Made by a program: the position numbers and the translations under genes. Shown one piece after another: positions 8,933-18,697 of a stretch of 64,000 bases of DNA. The DNA comes from PVC group bacterium (lineage in GTDB: Bacteria > Auribacterota > Erginobacteria > Erginobacterales > Erginobacteraceae). Below the pieces are notes generated by a model that did no database searches, was not told where the DNA came from, and saw nothing but the letters and a program-made list of their open reading frames with translations. The stretch covers positions 10,698 through 74,697 of the forward strand of contig JAZDIV010000033.1 in NCBI GenBank assembly GCA_043804695.1. Reading direction: 5' to 3'. Positions within the stretch are counted from its first letter, which is position 1, and every line of letters starts with the position of its first letter.

Positions 8933-10120
8933 ATGAAGATGAAACCGCGGAAGATAACCGAAGGCGTCTCCTGGGTAGGAGCGATCGACTGGGACCGAAA
9001 GCTCTTCGATGCCCTGATCCCCCTGCCCGACGGGACCAGCTACAACTCTTACCTGATCGAGGGTGATGAGAAAACGGCCCTGATCGATTCCGTCGATCCC
9101 CCGTTTTCCGGTCTGCTGCTCGAAAAACTGGCCGGGGTGGAAAAAATCGACTACCTTGTCTCCAACCACGCGGAACAGGACCACTCCGGGTCCATCCCGC
9201 GCGTCCTCGATAGATACCCGGAAGCGAAGGTCGTCACCAACCCGAAATGCCAGGGGATGCTGATCGATCTCCTCCGGATCCCGGAGGAGAAGTTCATCAC
9301 CGTCGAAGACGGCGGGATTCTCTCGCTGGGCAACCGGACCCTGGAGTTCATCTACACCCCCTGGGTCCACTGGCCGGAGACGATGTCCACCTTCCTGCGG
9401 GAGGAGAGAATTCTCTTCTCCTGCGACTTCTTCGGCTCCCACCTGGCAACCTCCGATCTCTTCGCCTCCGATGATGACCGGGTGGCCGAAGCCGCCAAGA
9501 GGTACTACGGGGAGATCATGATGCCCTTCCGGCCGACGATCGTCAGGAACCTGGATAAAATCAAGGGGCGGGATATCTTTCTGATCGCGCCCAGCCACGG
9601 GCCGATATACAACCATCCGTCGTTTATCATCAGCGCTTACCGCAAGTGGGTGGCGGACACCTGTGAAAATTCAGTGGTGCTGCCGTTCGTGACCATGCAC
9701 GGGAGCACCGGCCTGATGGTGGAGCATTTACTCAGCGCCCTGCTGGAAAAGGGGATCACCGTTTATCCCTTCAACCTGGCGGTCACCGATGTCGGCAAGC
9801 TGGTGATCGCTCTGGTGGAAGCCGCCACCATCGTCATCGGCACGCCGACCGTGCTGGCCGGTCCCCACCCGCTGGCACTAAACGCGGCCGCCCTGGTCAA
9901 CGCCCTGCGTCCCAAGGCCCGGTTCGCCTCGATCATCGGCTCCTACGGGTGGGGGGGGAAAACCGTCGAGCAGATCACCGGGGCCATCGCCAATCTGAAG
10001 ATTGAGCTGCTGGAGCCGATTCTCTGCCAGGGACTCCCCGGGTCGGATGACTTCAGGGCCCTGGACGGCCTGGCCGATGCCATCGCCGCGAAGCACCGGC
10101 AAGTTGGCGCGAAGCCCTAA
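8933..10120 (+). CDS. fprA: flavodiiron protein (FprA/NorV-like)
   Basis: GTSYNSYLI, NHAEQDHSGS, VHWPETM, SCDFFGSH, APSHG, flavodoxin domain GSYGWGG. Confidence 0.95.
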   Translation: MKMKPRKITEGVSWVGAIDWDRKLFDALIPLPDGTSYNSYLIEGDEKTALIDSVDPPFSGLLLEKLAGVEKIDYLVSNHAEQDHSGSIPRVLDRYPEAKVVTNPKCQGMLIDLLRIPEEKFITVEDGGILSLGNRTLEFIYTPWVHWPETMSTFLREERILFSCDFFGSHLATSDLFASDDDRVAEAAKRYYGEIMMPFRPTIVRNLDKIKGRDIFLIAPSHGPIYNHPSFIISAYRKWVADTCENSVVLPFVTMHGSTGLMVEHLLSALLEKGITVYPFNLAVTDVGKLVIALVEAATIVIGTPTVLAGPHPLALNAAALVNALRPKARFASIIGSYGWGGKTVEQITGAIANLKIELLEPILCQGLPGSDDFRALDGLADAIAAKHRQVGAKP

Positions 10121-10157
10121 CTTGTTGTAGCGAAGCGGAAATCCCGATGTATCGGGG

Positions 10158-10356
10158 CTGCTTCGGAATTTTCAGCCAGAGGCTGATGCGCCTCTGGAGC
10201 ACAATAAATTAACAAAACGGCTATCGTTGAACGGTTGCGCTGCTCGAAACGTTGAACGGCGTACGGTTACGTGCGGCTCGCCCCCGCAACCGATTCCAGC
10301 TGCGCAACCGCAACCTTTTAACCCGAACGTTGCCCGAGCGAAGCGAGGGCTAAGTT
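10158..10356 (+). repeat. composite element E2
   Basis: CTGCTTCGGAATTT left end, cagccagaggctgatgcgcctctgg insert, AACGG/AACCG body, GCCCGAGCGAAGCGAGGGCTAAGTT right end. Confidence 0.75.
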
Positions 10357-10778
10357 CTAAGTATCCGCACCACCCGGGCTTCTCCCTCTTTCCGCCGGCG
10401 CCGCCGCTCACAGCGGCGGATAAATAAGAACGCGGCAGAAAGAAGAACCACCCCCAGGCCCAGGCCGGGCAGGGACGGATCCCATCCCCGGAGGGAAGCC
10501 AGACCGTATCCCGCGGCGACGCCGATAAAAAACCCGAGCAGGGGAAGGCCGAAGAGAAGCAGGGCGGACCGAAGGGGATCACGGGGGGAAATTTCCACCT
10601 CGACCTCGTCCCCCGGACGGGCGGCCGCCGGGTTCAGGGCATCGAGGACCATGTATTTCCCCCCTTCCCCTGCCGCGCAGCGCCCGCAGCCGGCGCAGCC
10701 CGACTGCCGGGGCAGACGGACCATCGCGCGGCCTACCGTTATCCCGACAACCCGTCCTCTTTCCATCCTCAAACCCAT
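10350..10778 (-). CDS. RseC/MucC family protein
   Basis: MERGRVV...CAGCGRC...ARPGDEVEV, LLFGLPLLGF, two TM helices. Confidence 0.85.
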   Translation of the reverse strand: MGLRMERGRVVGITVGRAMVRLPRQSGCAGCGRCAAGEGGKYMVLDALNPAAARPGDEVEVEISPRDPLRSALLLFGLPLLGFFIGVAAGYGLASLRGWDPSLPGLGLGVVLLSAAFLFIRRCERRRRRKEGEARVVRILRT

Positions 10779-11047
10779 GCCATCAGCAGGTGCGATTGAC
10801 AATCACCAATCCATCTATTATTCTGGTTCTCTTTCATTTTGTGTGGGTAGATACCGGTATTCAAAGCATCATTATATAATGACGAGATCCTCAGCCTCTG
10901 GCTGAGGATTGATTTAGTCATTAACAATCCAAGCTAACCGCCAAGGTATGTAAGAGCATCAGATCATTTGAATTCCCCACACGAAACGGCAGAGAACCAT
11001 TATCCTTTGATCATGGCATCGATAGAAACCACCATCCCGACGCTTAA

Positions 11048-11092
11048 TCCAGATTATTCATGAAAATTAAATACTTTCAAGAATAATCCAGG
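11048..11092. mobile_element. 45-bp palindromic MITE-like element, family A
   Basis: TCCAGATTATTCATGAAA...TTTCAAGAATAATCCAGG, preceded by TTAA. Confidence 0.65.
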
Positions 11093-11118
11093 TTGCTGCG
11101 AAGGGGCTGCTGTCCTCA

Positions 11119-12954
11119 ATGAAGATTTTTTACTGGATACCGTGCTTCTTTTTCATCTTCTGCGGGGCGGTTCTGACCGACGATACCTCCGGGGATTGGA
11201 CCCCTGCTCCCTATTCTGTCTCCATCCATCTCCACGGCGAAAAAAGCGACCCTCTCAAGCAGCTGCTCCTGGACGTCTCCACCACCGCCGCCAGCCAAAA
11301 AAATCCGCCCCCGACCCTGAGCCTGCTGGAGGCGATCGCCCAGAATGACGCGGAAAAGATGGTGAAAGTTCTCCGCGCGGAAAGCTTCTACACCGGGACG
11401 GTGCGGCCTGATTTCAAAAGGAACAAAAATGAACTCCACATCATCTTCTCGGTAACGACCGGGAAACCGTTCCTTCTCGGCACCGCCCATATCAATATCG
11501 CGGGGGAGGCGCTGCCGGCGGCGGTCGCGGTCCCCGACGGAACCGCGATCGGGCTGAAAGCCGGCGAACGGGGAACCTCCACCACGATCGTTTCCGCGGG
11601 AGACAGGCTTCTAAAATTTTTCCAGAAAAACGGATACCCCTTCGTGCAGATCCGCGACCGGCAGGTGGTGGTGGATTACGCGACCGAGACGGTCGCCGCC
11701 ACCTTCACGATCGACCCGGGGGAACGGGCGTCCTTCGCCTGGACAACTTTCACCGGGCTGAAGGACGTGGACCCGGAGTTCGTCCGGAAGAAGATCCCCT
11801 GGCAGGAGGGCCAGCTGTACGACCCGGCGTTGGTACAGGAACTCCGGAACCGGCTCAGCCGGACCGGTCTCTTCACCACGGTCCTGGTCTCGCACGGGCA
11901 GGAAGAAGAAAAAACCGAGGAGGCGGATCACCGGACCGGGGAGAATACGGACGTCCCCCTCGTTCCTCTCCCGGTCACGGTCACGGTCCGGGAGAGGGAC
12001 CGCCACACGGTCGGGCTGATGGCAGGATACAGCACCGACATCGGCTTCGGGGGGGGGGCCTCCTGGGAGGACCGGAACCTGCTGGGGCAGGGAGAACTGC
12101 TGCATCTGGAGTTTTTCGTCAGCCAGCAGATGTATCTCGGGGAAGGCCGGTTCCGGCTGCCGGAATTTCTCAGTCCCGACCAGTCGCTGACCCTGGCCGT
12201 CCAACCGGTCTATGACGATCCCAAGGCATACACCAGCTACCGGATCCGCAACTCGGCCGTCATTCAGCATGACTTCAGCGATGCCTTTTCCGTGAGCGGC
12301 GGCGCCGCCTTCACCTTGGACGCGGTCGAGCAGCTTGATCAGGAGAAAGACTATCTTCTTTTCTCAATCCCCATCTCGGCGAACTGGAGTCTCGGCGGCA
12401 TTCAGCCGTTCCCCCGGGCGGGCGCCCTTTTCTCCGTGATGGGCGAGCCCTACTACGACCTGCACAGCGATCGCCTCTTCATCAAAACGCTGCTCAACAC
12501 CAACCTTCTCTACCGGTTCCCCGGGGCCGATTTCCTGACCGCCGTCGGCCGGATCTCCTTCGGGAGCATCCCCGAGGCGTCCCCGGGAGAAGTCCCGGCC
12601 GACCTTCGGTTCTACGCGGGGGGGGCGAACTCGATCCGGGGGTACGCCTACCAGATGGTGGGCCCCCTGGTGAAGAGAGACCCGGTCGGCGGACGGTCGC
12701 TTTTCACTTTCTCCTTCGAGTGCGACGTCCAGATGATCGGGGACTTCGGGGGGGCCGTTTTTCTCGACGGCGGCTCCGCGTTCGAAGATGCACTGCCCGG
12801 CCCGTGGGACGAGGTTCGCTATGGAACAGGCATGGGGCTGCGGTACTTCACCCCGATCGGACCGATCGGGCTGGACATCGGCTTTCCCCTCAACGGGCGC
12901 AAAGGGATCGACAAAGATTTCCAGGTGTACGTCAGCATCGCGCAGATTTACTGA
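11119..12954 (+). CDS. tamA: TamA / Omp85 family translocation and assembly module protein
   Basis: POTRA-like NGYPF; RFYAGGANSIRGY, GLRYFTPIGPIGLDIGFP; terminal aromatic residue. Confidence 0.9.
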   Translation: MKIFYWIPCFFFIFCGAVLTDDTSGDWTPAPYSVSIHLHGEKSDPLKQLLLDVSTTAASQKNPPPTLSLLEAIAQNDAEKMVKVLRAESFYTGTVRPDFKRNKNELHIIFSVTTGKPFLLGTAHINIAGEALPAAVAVPDGTAIGLKAGERGTSTTIVSAGDRLLKFFQKNGYPFVQIRDRQVVVDYATETVAATFTIDPGERASFAWTTFTGLKDVDPEFVRKKIPWQEGQLYDPALVQELRNRLSRTGLFTTVLVSHGQEEEKTEEADHRTGENTDVPLVPLPVTVTVRERDRHTVGLMAGYSTDIGFGGGASWEDRNLLGQGELLHLEFFVSQQMYLGEGRFRLPEFLSPDQSLTLAVQPVYDDPKAYTSYRIRNSAVIQHDFSDAFSVSGGAAFTLDAVEQLDQEKDYLLFSIPISANWSLGGIQPFPRAGALFSVMGEPYYDLHSDRLFIKTLLNTNLLYRFPGADFLTAVGRISFGSIPEASPGEVPADLRFYAGGANSIRGYAYQMVGPLVKRDPVGGRSLFTFSFECDVQMIGDFGGAVFLDGGSAFEDALPGPWDEVRYGTGMGLRYFTPIGPIGLDIGFPLNGRKGIDKDFQVYVSIAQIY

Positions 12955-12985
12955 CCACTTTTTATTAACCATGAAGAACATGGAT

Positions 12986-13061
12986 AGGGAATAGGGATTG
13001 GGGAATGGTGAATGGGTTATGAGCTGGCGTCTATTCCCCATTCCCTAATCCCCATTCCCCA
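12986..13061. repeat. inverted heptamer tandem repeats (GGGAATA/GGGAATG ... CATTCCC)
   Basis: Five G-rich heptamers followed by about four complementary heptamers between tamA and tamB. Confidence 0.75.
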
Positions 13062-13086
13062 AATGTCCTTCGTGGTCGGTACCTTT

Positions 13087-15771
13087 ATGAAAGTGACTCG
13101 TATATTAAAAACCATAATAAAATACGTCTTCCGCGCTCTGATGCTGCTCCTGGCACTGGTCGCGGTGCTCCTGGGCGTGATCCAGACCCCGGCCGGGAAG
13201 AGGCTGCTCGCCGACGGGATTACCGCTCTGGCGAGTTCGGACGACGGGTCGGGAGTGACTTTCAGATCGCTCTCCGGTTTCATCCCCTTCCGCTTCGGTG
13301 TCGGCGAATTCAAAATCAGCGACCCGGAAGGTGACTGGCTGGTGGCAGAGGACATATCGCTGCGCATGGACGCGGGGAGCCTCCTCCTTTTCCGCCTCCG
13401 GGCGGAAGAGGTGACCGCCGGGAGGGTCACCTGGCGGAGGCTGCCGGCAGGGACGGATGACGACAGGAGAGCAGAGGACCCGGAGGAGGAGGGTTTCACC
13501 CCCCGGGACATCCCCTCCTTTGCCGTGGAGCGCCTGTGGATAAAAAACCTGACCGCGGAAGAATCCCTGCCGGGGAAACGGATTGTCGCCGAGCTGAAAG
13601 GACATGTCCGCAACGATTCGGCCGGCGGCGCCGGCGTCAACCTGGCCCTGAAACCGGTCGGTCGGGATGGTGATGACCTGACCGTGGCGGGGATGGCGGC
13701 GGCCGATCTGTCATCCCTTTCCCTGGACATCAAGCTCGACGAAGAAGCGGGAGGGAACCTGGGAAGCCTGATCATTCCCGGGGACTCCGTGCCTCTCTCC
13801 CTCCGGCTGCATGGCGGGGGACCGTGGGAAGCCTGCCGGGTCAGGCTGGCGGTCCGGGCCGCGGAGCGCGGAGAGCTGGACCTGGACGTCGTCTTCGACA
13901 TCTCCCGCACGCTGGCGGAGGGCACGCTGACGGCGGCCATTACCCGGCTGCCGGGGCCGGCGGGCGGAATCGAGAGCGGGCGGCTGTCGGCCCGGCTGGC
14001 CGTCGAAAACGGCCGGCAGAACATATCCGCCCGGATCGAGGCGGACGGCCTGAAAACGCCCCTGGGGCACGTCGAACGGATCGAGGCGACCGTTGACGGC
14101 ACCGACATCCTGCAGGATCCCCGCGGGACCGTCGAGTTCACCGCCCACGGCCTTCGCCCCGCTCCTCCGGGAGCGGAAGAGATGGCGGAGGCAGAGCTGG
14201 CCCGAACCGTCACCGGCCGGCTCACCCTCCGGGACACGGATCACCGGCCCCGGGCTGACCTGGAGATTCAGATCGAAAAATACGCCCTGCCCGGATCGCC
14301 CATCAGCCCGGCGGGGACGCGGCGGCTTACGATCCAGGCTCACCTCGAGGACGGCCAAATCCACGCCGAGCTCGACAGCGGCCGGGAGGGGGACATCCTT
14401 CTGCAGGCGAAGATGACCGCGAAGGCCGACTTCTCCCTCGCTCCCCTCATCTTCCGCCTCGACGAAGGGGGGCCGATCGAAGGCGAGCTTTCGGCGCGGC
14501 TCGATCTTTCTTTTCTGAACAACCGCCTGGCCCTCTCCCGCCAGAGCCTCCGCGGCACTCTCAGCGCCGACCTCACCGCCGGGGGCACCATCCGGAAACC
14601 GGAGCTGAACGGAGAGATCAGCCTCCGCAAGGGAGAATATCAGAACCTGGTTTCCGGGACGGTCCTCAGCGGCCTGACCGCGACCGTGAAAGCCAAGTCA
14701 GACCGCCTGGAAATCACCGAGCTGTCGGCCCGGACGCCGGCGGGGGGAAAGATCTCCCTGACCGGCCATGCCCGGCTCTCTCCCCGGGACGGTTTTCCCC
14801 TTTCCCTGTCACTCCTGCTGACAGATGCCCAGCTGGTGGACATGGAGATGGTAACGGCAGCGCTGGCCGGGAAGATAGACCTGGAAGGAAGCCTGGAAAA
14901 GAGCCGCCTCGGCGGAAAGATAACGATCAAGAAAGCGGAAGGGCGCATCCCGAGCAAATTGTCCTCCGGGGTACCGGAGATCACCGTCACCGAGATCAAC
15001 AAACCGGGGGGGACGGCGGTTCCTCACCCCGCGGCTTCCTCTTCCTTCCTGAAAACGGTCGCCCTCGATCTCCGCCTCACGGCCCCGGAAGACGTATTCA
15101 TCAAAGGCCGGGGACTGGATTCCGAGTGGAAGGCCGATGTCACCGCCACCGGGACGGCCGACGCCCCTTCCCTGCGCGGCGGCATCACCCTGCTCGACGG
15201 CATCTTTATTTTCATGGGGGAAGAGCTCAAGCTGGAAAACTGCAGCATCATGATGGACGGCGGCTTCCCCCCGGTCCCGCAGCTGAAGATCAACGCCCGG
15301 ATCGTGAAGTCGGACATCACGATCACGCTCCAGGTAGTCGGCCCGGTCAACGCCCCGGAGGTGATCCTCTCATCCCAGCCCCCCTACCCGGCCGACGAGA
15401 TCCTCGCCCGGCTCCTTTACGGGCGCCCGGCATCTCAGCTGAGCGGCCTCCAGGCTTTGCGGATAGCCGACGGGCTCCGGACACTGCAGGGGAAAGGAGG
15501 CATCCTTGACCGCCTGACCGGATGGACTTCCTTCCTGGGGAATGTCCAGGTTGATTTCACGGAGCTGGAGGGAAGCACCGACCAGACCGCGGTCCGGGTC
15601 CGGTGGAGCCTGAGCAAGAACTTCTATGTTGAAAACCAGCACTCCATTGATGCCCGCGACAATCTCTTCCTGGCCCGCTGGGACCTGACCCGAAGACTCC
15701 AGCTCCGCACCCAGTCGGGCTACGGTTTTCTCGGGGACGCCGTTTACCTGCGTTACCAGTGGGATTATTAA
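13087..15771 (+). CDS. tamB: TamB (DUF490) translocation and assembly module protein
   Basis: N-terminal TM plus QTPAGK; GRGLDSEW, LSSQPPYPADEILARLLYGR; follows tamA. Confidence 0.88.
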   Translation: MKVTRILKTIIKYVFRALMLLLALVAVLLGVIQTPAGKRLLADGITALASSDDGSGVTFRSLSGFIPFRFGVGEFKISDPEGDWLVAEDISLRMDAGSLLLFRLRAEEVTAGRVTWRRLPAGTDDDRRAEDPEEEGFTPRDIPSFAVERLWIKNLTAEESLPGKRIVAELKGHVRNDSAGGAGVNLALKPVGRDGDDLTVAGMAAADLSSLSLDIKLDEEAGGNLGSLIIPGDSVPLSLRLHGGGPWEACRVRLAVRAAERGELDLDVVFDISRTLAEGTLTAAITRLPGPAGGIESGRLSARLAVENGRQNISARIEADGLKTPLGHVERIEATVDGTDILQDPRGTVEFTAHGLRPAPPGAEEMAEAELARTVTGRLTLRDTDHRPRADLEIQIEKYALPGSPISPAGTRRLTIQAHLEDGQIHAELDSGREGDILLQAKMTAKADFSLAPLIFRLDEGGPIEGELSARLDLSFLNNRLALSRQSLRGTLSADLTAGGTIRKPELNGEISLRKGEYQNLVSGTVLSGLTATVKAKSDRLEITELSARTPAGGKISLTGHARLSPRDGFPLSLSLLLTDAQLVDMEMVTAALAGKIDLEGSLEKSRLGGKITIKKAEGRIPSKLSSGVPEITVTEINKPGGTAVPHPAASSSFLKTVALDLRLTAPEDVFIKGRGLDSEWKADVTATGTADAPSLRGGITLLDGIFIFMGEELKLENCSIMMDGGFPPVPQLKINARIVKSDITITLQVVGPVNAPEVILSSQPPYPADEILARLLYGRPASQLSGLQALRIADGLRTLQGKGGILDRLTGWTSFLGNVQVDFTELEGSTDQTAVRVRWSLSKNFYVENQHSIDARDNLFLARWDLTRRLQLRTQSGYGFLGDAVYLRYQWDY

Positions 15772-15816
15772 ACCGGATTATTCATGAAAATTTTCAATTT
15801 CCATGAATAATCCGGT
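15772..15816. mobile_element. 45-bp palindromic MITE-like element, family A, flanked by TTAA on both sides
   Basis: ttaa-ACCGGATTATTCATG...CATGAATAATCCGGT-ttaa; the left TTAA contains the tamB stop codon. Confidence 0.75.
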
Positions 15817-15890
15817 TTAATTAATCGTTGATCACGATGTCGACCGGTGATAGAGTATTTGTTCCTTAATCTTCGTCATTGTTTAAAACT

Positions 15891-15932
15891 AATCCGATTT
15901 CTGCCTGCCTGTCGGCAGGCAGAAATCGGATT
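15891..15932. repeat. perfect hairpin AATCCGATTTCTGCCTGCC-tgtc-GGCAGGCAGAAATCGGATT
   Basis: 19-bp perfect inverted repeat directly upstream of the RBS of the 15950 ORF. Confidence 0.7.
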
Positions 15933-15949
15933 AACAAGGAGAAAGATGC

Positions 15950-16708
15950 ATGAAAACACCGCCGCCGGTCAAGGTATCCCAGGACAAGATCACCTTCGAT
16001 GTCAGCGAGATCGAGGCTGTTCTCCAGGCCCCCCCGATGGACGTCAAGCCGTTCGAACCACGCTCGGTCCTGCTGAAGAACAAGGCGGGCGCGACCAAGA
16101 CCATGCTGGTCCGAGAGGCGAGGCTGGAAGAGGCCACGCCGCTGCTTAAACTCATCCGGGAGAAATTTCTCCAGGAAGAGAACCTGGAAGACGTGCCGGA
16201 CTTCTATGACATCGTCGGGGCCCGGGTCTACGCCGAGATCCTGGGCTGGTACCGTCGCCGCCTGAAAGACCCCTACACGCTGGTCGGCCTCTGCGACGGG
16301 GAGCTGACCGCCTTTTGCAACGGCCGGCTGATGAACGAGGAGATCAACATCAGTCTCCACACGATGGCGTTCGACCGCGGCTTCCGGGCCGGGGCGGCCA
16401 TGTACTTCATCAAGTGCCAGTACTGCTTCGACGACCTCGGACAGGACGAGTTCTGGTCGACGTTCGAGAGCTACAACGGCTGGAAGCGCTGGGGCTTCGG
16501 GATGGCGCAGCCGTCGTACCCCTGGCCCGATCTCCAGCATGAACTGGGGGGGGGCCGGGTCTATTACATCACCAAGAAGTACTGGGAGACCTCCGTCAAG
16601 AACTACCTGGTCCAGATGTACGACATCACGGTCGACCGGGATGTTTCCGAGGAGCTGCTGGCGAAGAACGAGGTCCTCCATCTTCCCGAGGATGTAGCCG
16701 GAGAGTAA
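15950..16708 (+). CDS. conserved hypothetical protein, GNAT-like fold suspected
   Basis: RBS AAGGAG; strong codon bias; MLVREARLEE start resembles GNAT strand 1. Confidence 0.6.
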   Translation: MKTPPPVKVSQDKITFDVSEIEAVLQAPPMDVKPFEPRSVLLKNKAGATKTMLVREARLEEATPLLKLIREKFLQEENLEDVPDFYDIVGARVYAEILGWYRRRLKDPYTLVGLCDGELTAFCNGRLMNEEINISLHTMAFDRGFRAGAAMYFIKCQYCFDDLGQDEFWSTFESYNGWKRWGFGMAQPSYPWPDLQHELGGGRVYYITKKYWETSVKNYLVQMYDITVDRDVSEELLAKNEVLHLPEDVAGE

Positions 16709-16745
16709 CCGGTCAACCCTGAGGGACTGTTGCTCATGGTCACGC

Positions 16746-16781
16746 AAAAGGTGGTGCCGCCGCGGTGGCACCACCTTTTTT
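16746..16781 (+). terminator. rho-independent terminator
   Basis: AAAAGGTGGTGCCGC-CGCG-GTGGCACCACCTTTTTT. Confidence 0.8.
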
Positions 16782-16907
16782 ATTCAATTCATTAAGAATT
16801 GGCATTGATATTATACATTGGTAGCCGCAGACTTTAGAGGCAACTATAAAAAAGCGAGTAAAGTGATTTTTCTCTCGTAAAATTTTTTTCGGAGTAAAAA
16901 TTTTAAA

Positions 16908-17543
16908 ATGCTCGAAACCGTCATCTCCCACCTGAACTCGGTGGACCCGTTCTGGATCTACGTCATCCTCATCTTCTTCTCCTTCATCGAGAATATCTTT
17001 CCCCCCTCTCCCAGCGACGTGGTGGTGATCGCGGGAGCATCGCTGATCGCCTCCACCACGATCAGCTTCATACCGGTGGTCGTCCTCACCGCCCTCGCCA
17101 GCGCGCTGGGTTTCATGGTGATGTACCTGATCGGAAAGTACCTGGGGGAGAAGATCGTGCGGACGGGGAAGCTCCGATTCATCTCTCCGGAGGCCTTGAA
17201 GAAGAGCGAGCGGTGGTTCGGCCGCTACGGCTACGCCTTCATCCTCGCCAACCGGTTTCTGCCGGGAACGAGGGCCGCGATCAGCTTCGTCTCCGGACTG
17301 CTGGAACTCCGTCCCGGCAGGACTTTTTTCTGCGCCCTGGCCAGCGCTCTCCTCTGGAACACGCTGATCATCTATGCCGGGATGGCGCTCGGCGACAACG
17401 TCGCCCTGATCGACCGTTATCTCTCCGCCTACCGAAACGTCATCCTGCTGATCGCGGGGGCTGTTCTGGTGATTTTAATCGTCAGACACTTCATCATTCG
17501 ACGGGGGAAAAACCGGTCGGACGTTCGCCGGGATAAAACGTAG
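16908..17543 (+). CDS. dedA: DedA family membrane protein
   Basis: FIENIFPPSPSD, WFGRYG..ILANRFLPGTR. Confidence 0.93.
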   Translation: MLETVISHLNSVDPFWIYVILIFFSFIENIFPPSPSDVVVIAGASLIASTTISFIPVVVLTALASALGFMVMYLIGKYLGEKIVRTGKLRFISPEALKKSERWFGRYGYAFILANRFLPGTRAAISFVSGLLELRPGRTFFCALASALLWNTLIIYAGMALGDNVALIDRYLSAYRNVILLIAGAVLVILIVRHFIIRRGKNRSDVRRDKT

Positions 17544-17566
17544 CTTCGCGAATGTCCGGGGAGCCG

Positions 17567-18697
17567 TTACTGCGCCGGGATATCCGGCGGGGACGGCCCG
17601 GTCTCTTTCCCGGCATAGAAGAGCATAAAATAATTATCCAGTTTTCCCCGGGAGCCTCTCAGGAGCTCAACCAGGTAATATCTTCCCGCCAGGCCCCCGT
17701 AATTCTCCGTGAACCGGCCGAAGAACACCGCCCCGCGGCCGTTGGCATCGATGATCAGTACCCGGATCGTTCGGGCGGCCGGGTCTTCATCTTCCACCGT
17801 GTACCCGGCGTCATATAATTTCCCTCCCATCACCTCCTTAAATCGGCCTTCTCCGGTAAAATAGATGTGCTGAAGGTTTTTTCCGCGAGACCGGGATCCC
17901 TCGAAGGATGAGATGGTATTTTCCGATATCCAGTGACCGACCAGGGCCGCCGCGGGTGTCTGAACGGCCCTCTCCTTCCCCGGGACAACATCGGTCCGGA
18001 AGTAATAGCTCCACTCCCTGAGCTCGCCGCCCTCATCCTCATCCACCGGTTCCCGGTAAGTCCACTCCCCTGTCTCCAGGCCGTCGGCGAAATCTCCTTC
18101 GCACTTCAGCCGCCCGTCTTCATACCAGGACCGCCACCGGCCGTTTTCCCAGCCGTTCCGGTACTCCCCCTCCCGTCGTTTGCGGCCGTTCTCGTACCAG
18201 TAGGTCCAGGGGCCGTCCGGCTTCCCCCGGGCATACCTGCCCTCCTGCCGATTCTGTCCGTCCCGGTCATCGTACCGGTAGGTCCAGGGACCGTTTTCAA
18301 CCCCGGCCTCGTACCAGCCCTCTTTCCAGTCCAGCCCGTTTTTATACCAGAACTTCCAGAAACCGGTCCGGCGACCGTATTCGTCAAACGAACCCTTCTT
18401 CTCCCGGATCCCGTTATTGTACCAGTACGACCACTCCCCGACCCGGTCGCCGTCCCTGAACTCCCCTTCCATCATCTTCCGGCCGTTCCGATACCAGTAG
18501 GCCCAGGGGCCGACCTCCCGGTAATAATCATCACCCGGTTTCCCGGTCACCTCCACCCTCCCCAGCGCCCGCGGACGCCCGAGCCCCCACAGTCGAAGAG
18601 GGCAGTCGGCCGCCGCCGGGCGGCAGAAGTGACCCATCAAGCCCACCGTGCCGACAAGAATCATAAATGCAGAAATAAGTTTATTGAAGCGGTGCAT
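17567..18697 (-). CDS. secreted MORN-variant repeat (YwqK-like) protein
   Basis: Repeated G.W.YWY.NG.K..EG.Y motifs. Confidence 0.85.
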   Translation of the reverse strand: MHRFNKLISAFMILVGTVGLMGHFCRPAAADCPLRLWGLGRPRALGRVEVTGKPGDDYYREVGPWAYWYRNGRKMMEGEFRDGDRVGEWSYWYNNGIREKKGSFDEYGRRTGFWKFWYKNGLDWKEGWYEAGVENGPWTYRYDDRDGQNRQEGRYARGKPDGPWTYWYENGRKRREGEYRNGWENGRWRSWYEDGRLKCEGDFADGLETGEWTYREPVDEDEGGELREWSYYFRTDVVPGKERAVQTPAAALVGHWISENTISSFEGSRSRGKNLQHIYFTGEGRFKEVMGGKLYDAGYTVEDEDPAARTIRVLIIDANGRGAVFFGRFTENYGGLAGRYYLVELLRGSRGKLDNYFMLFYAGKETGPSPPDIPAQ

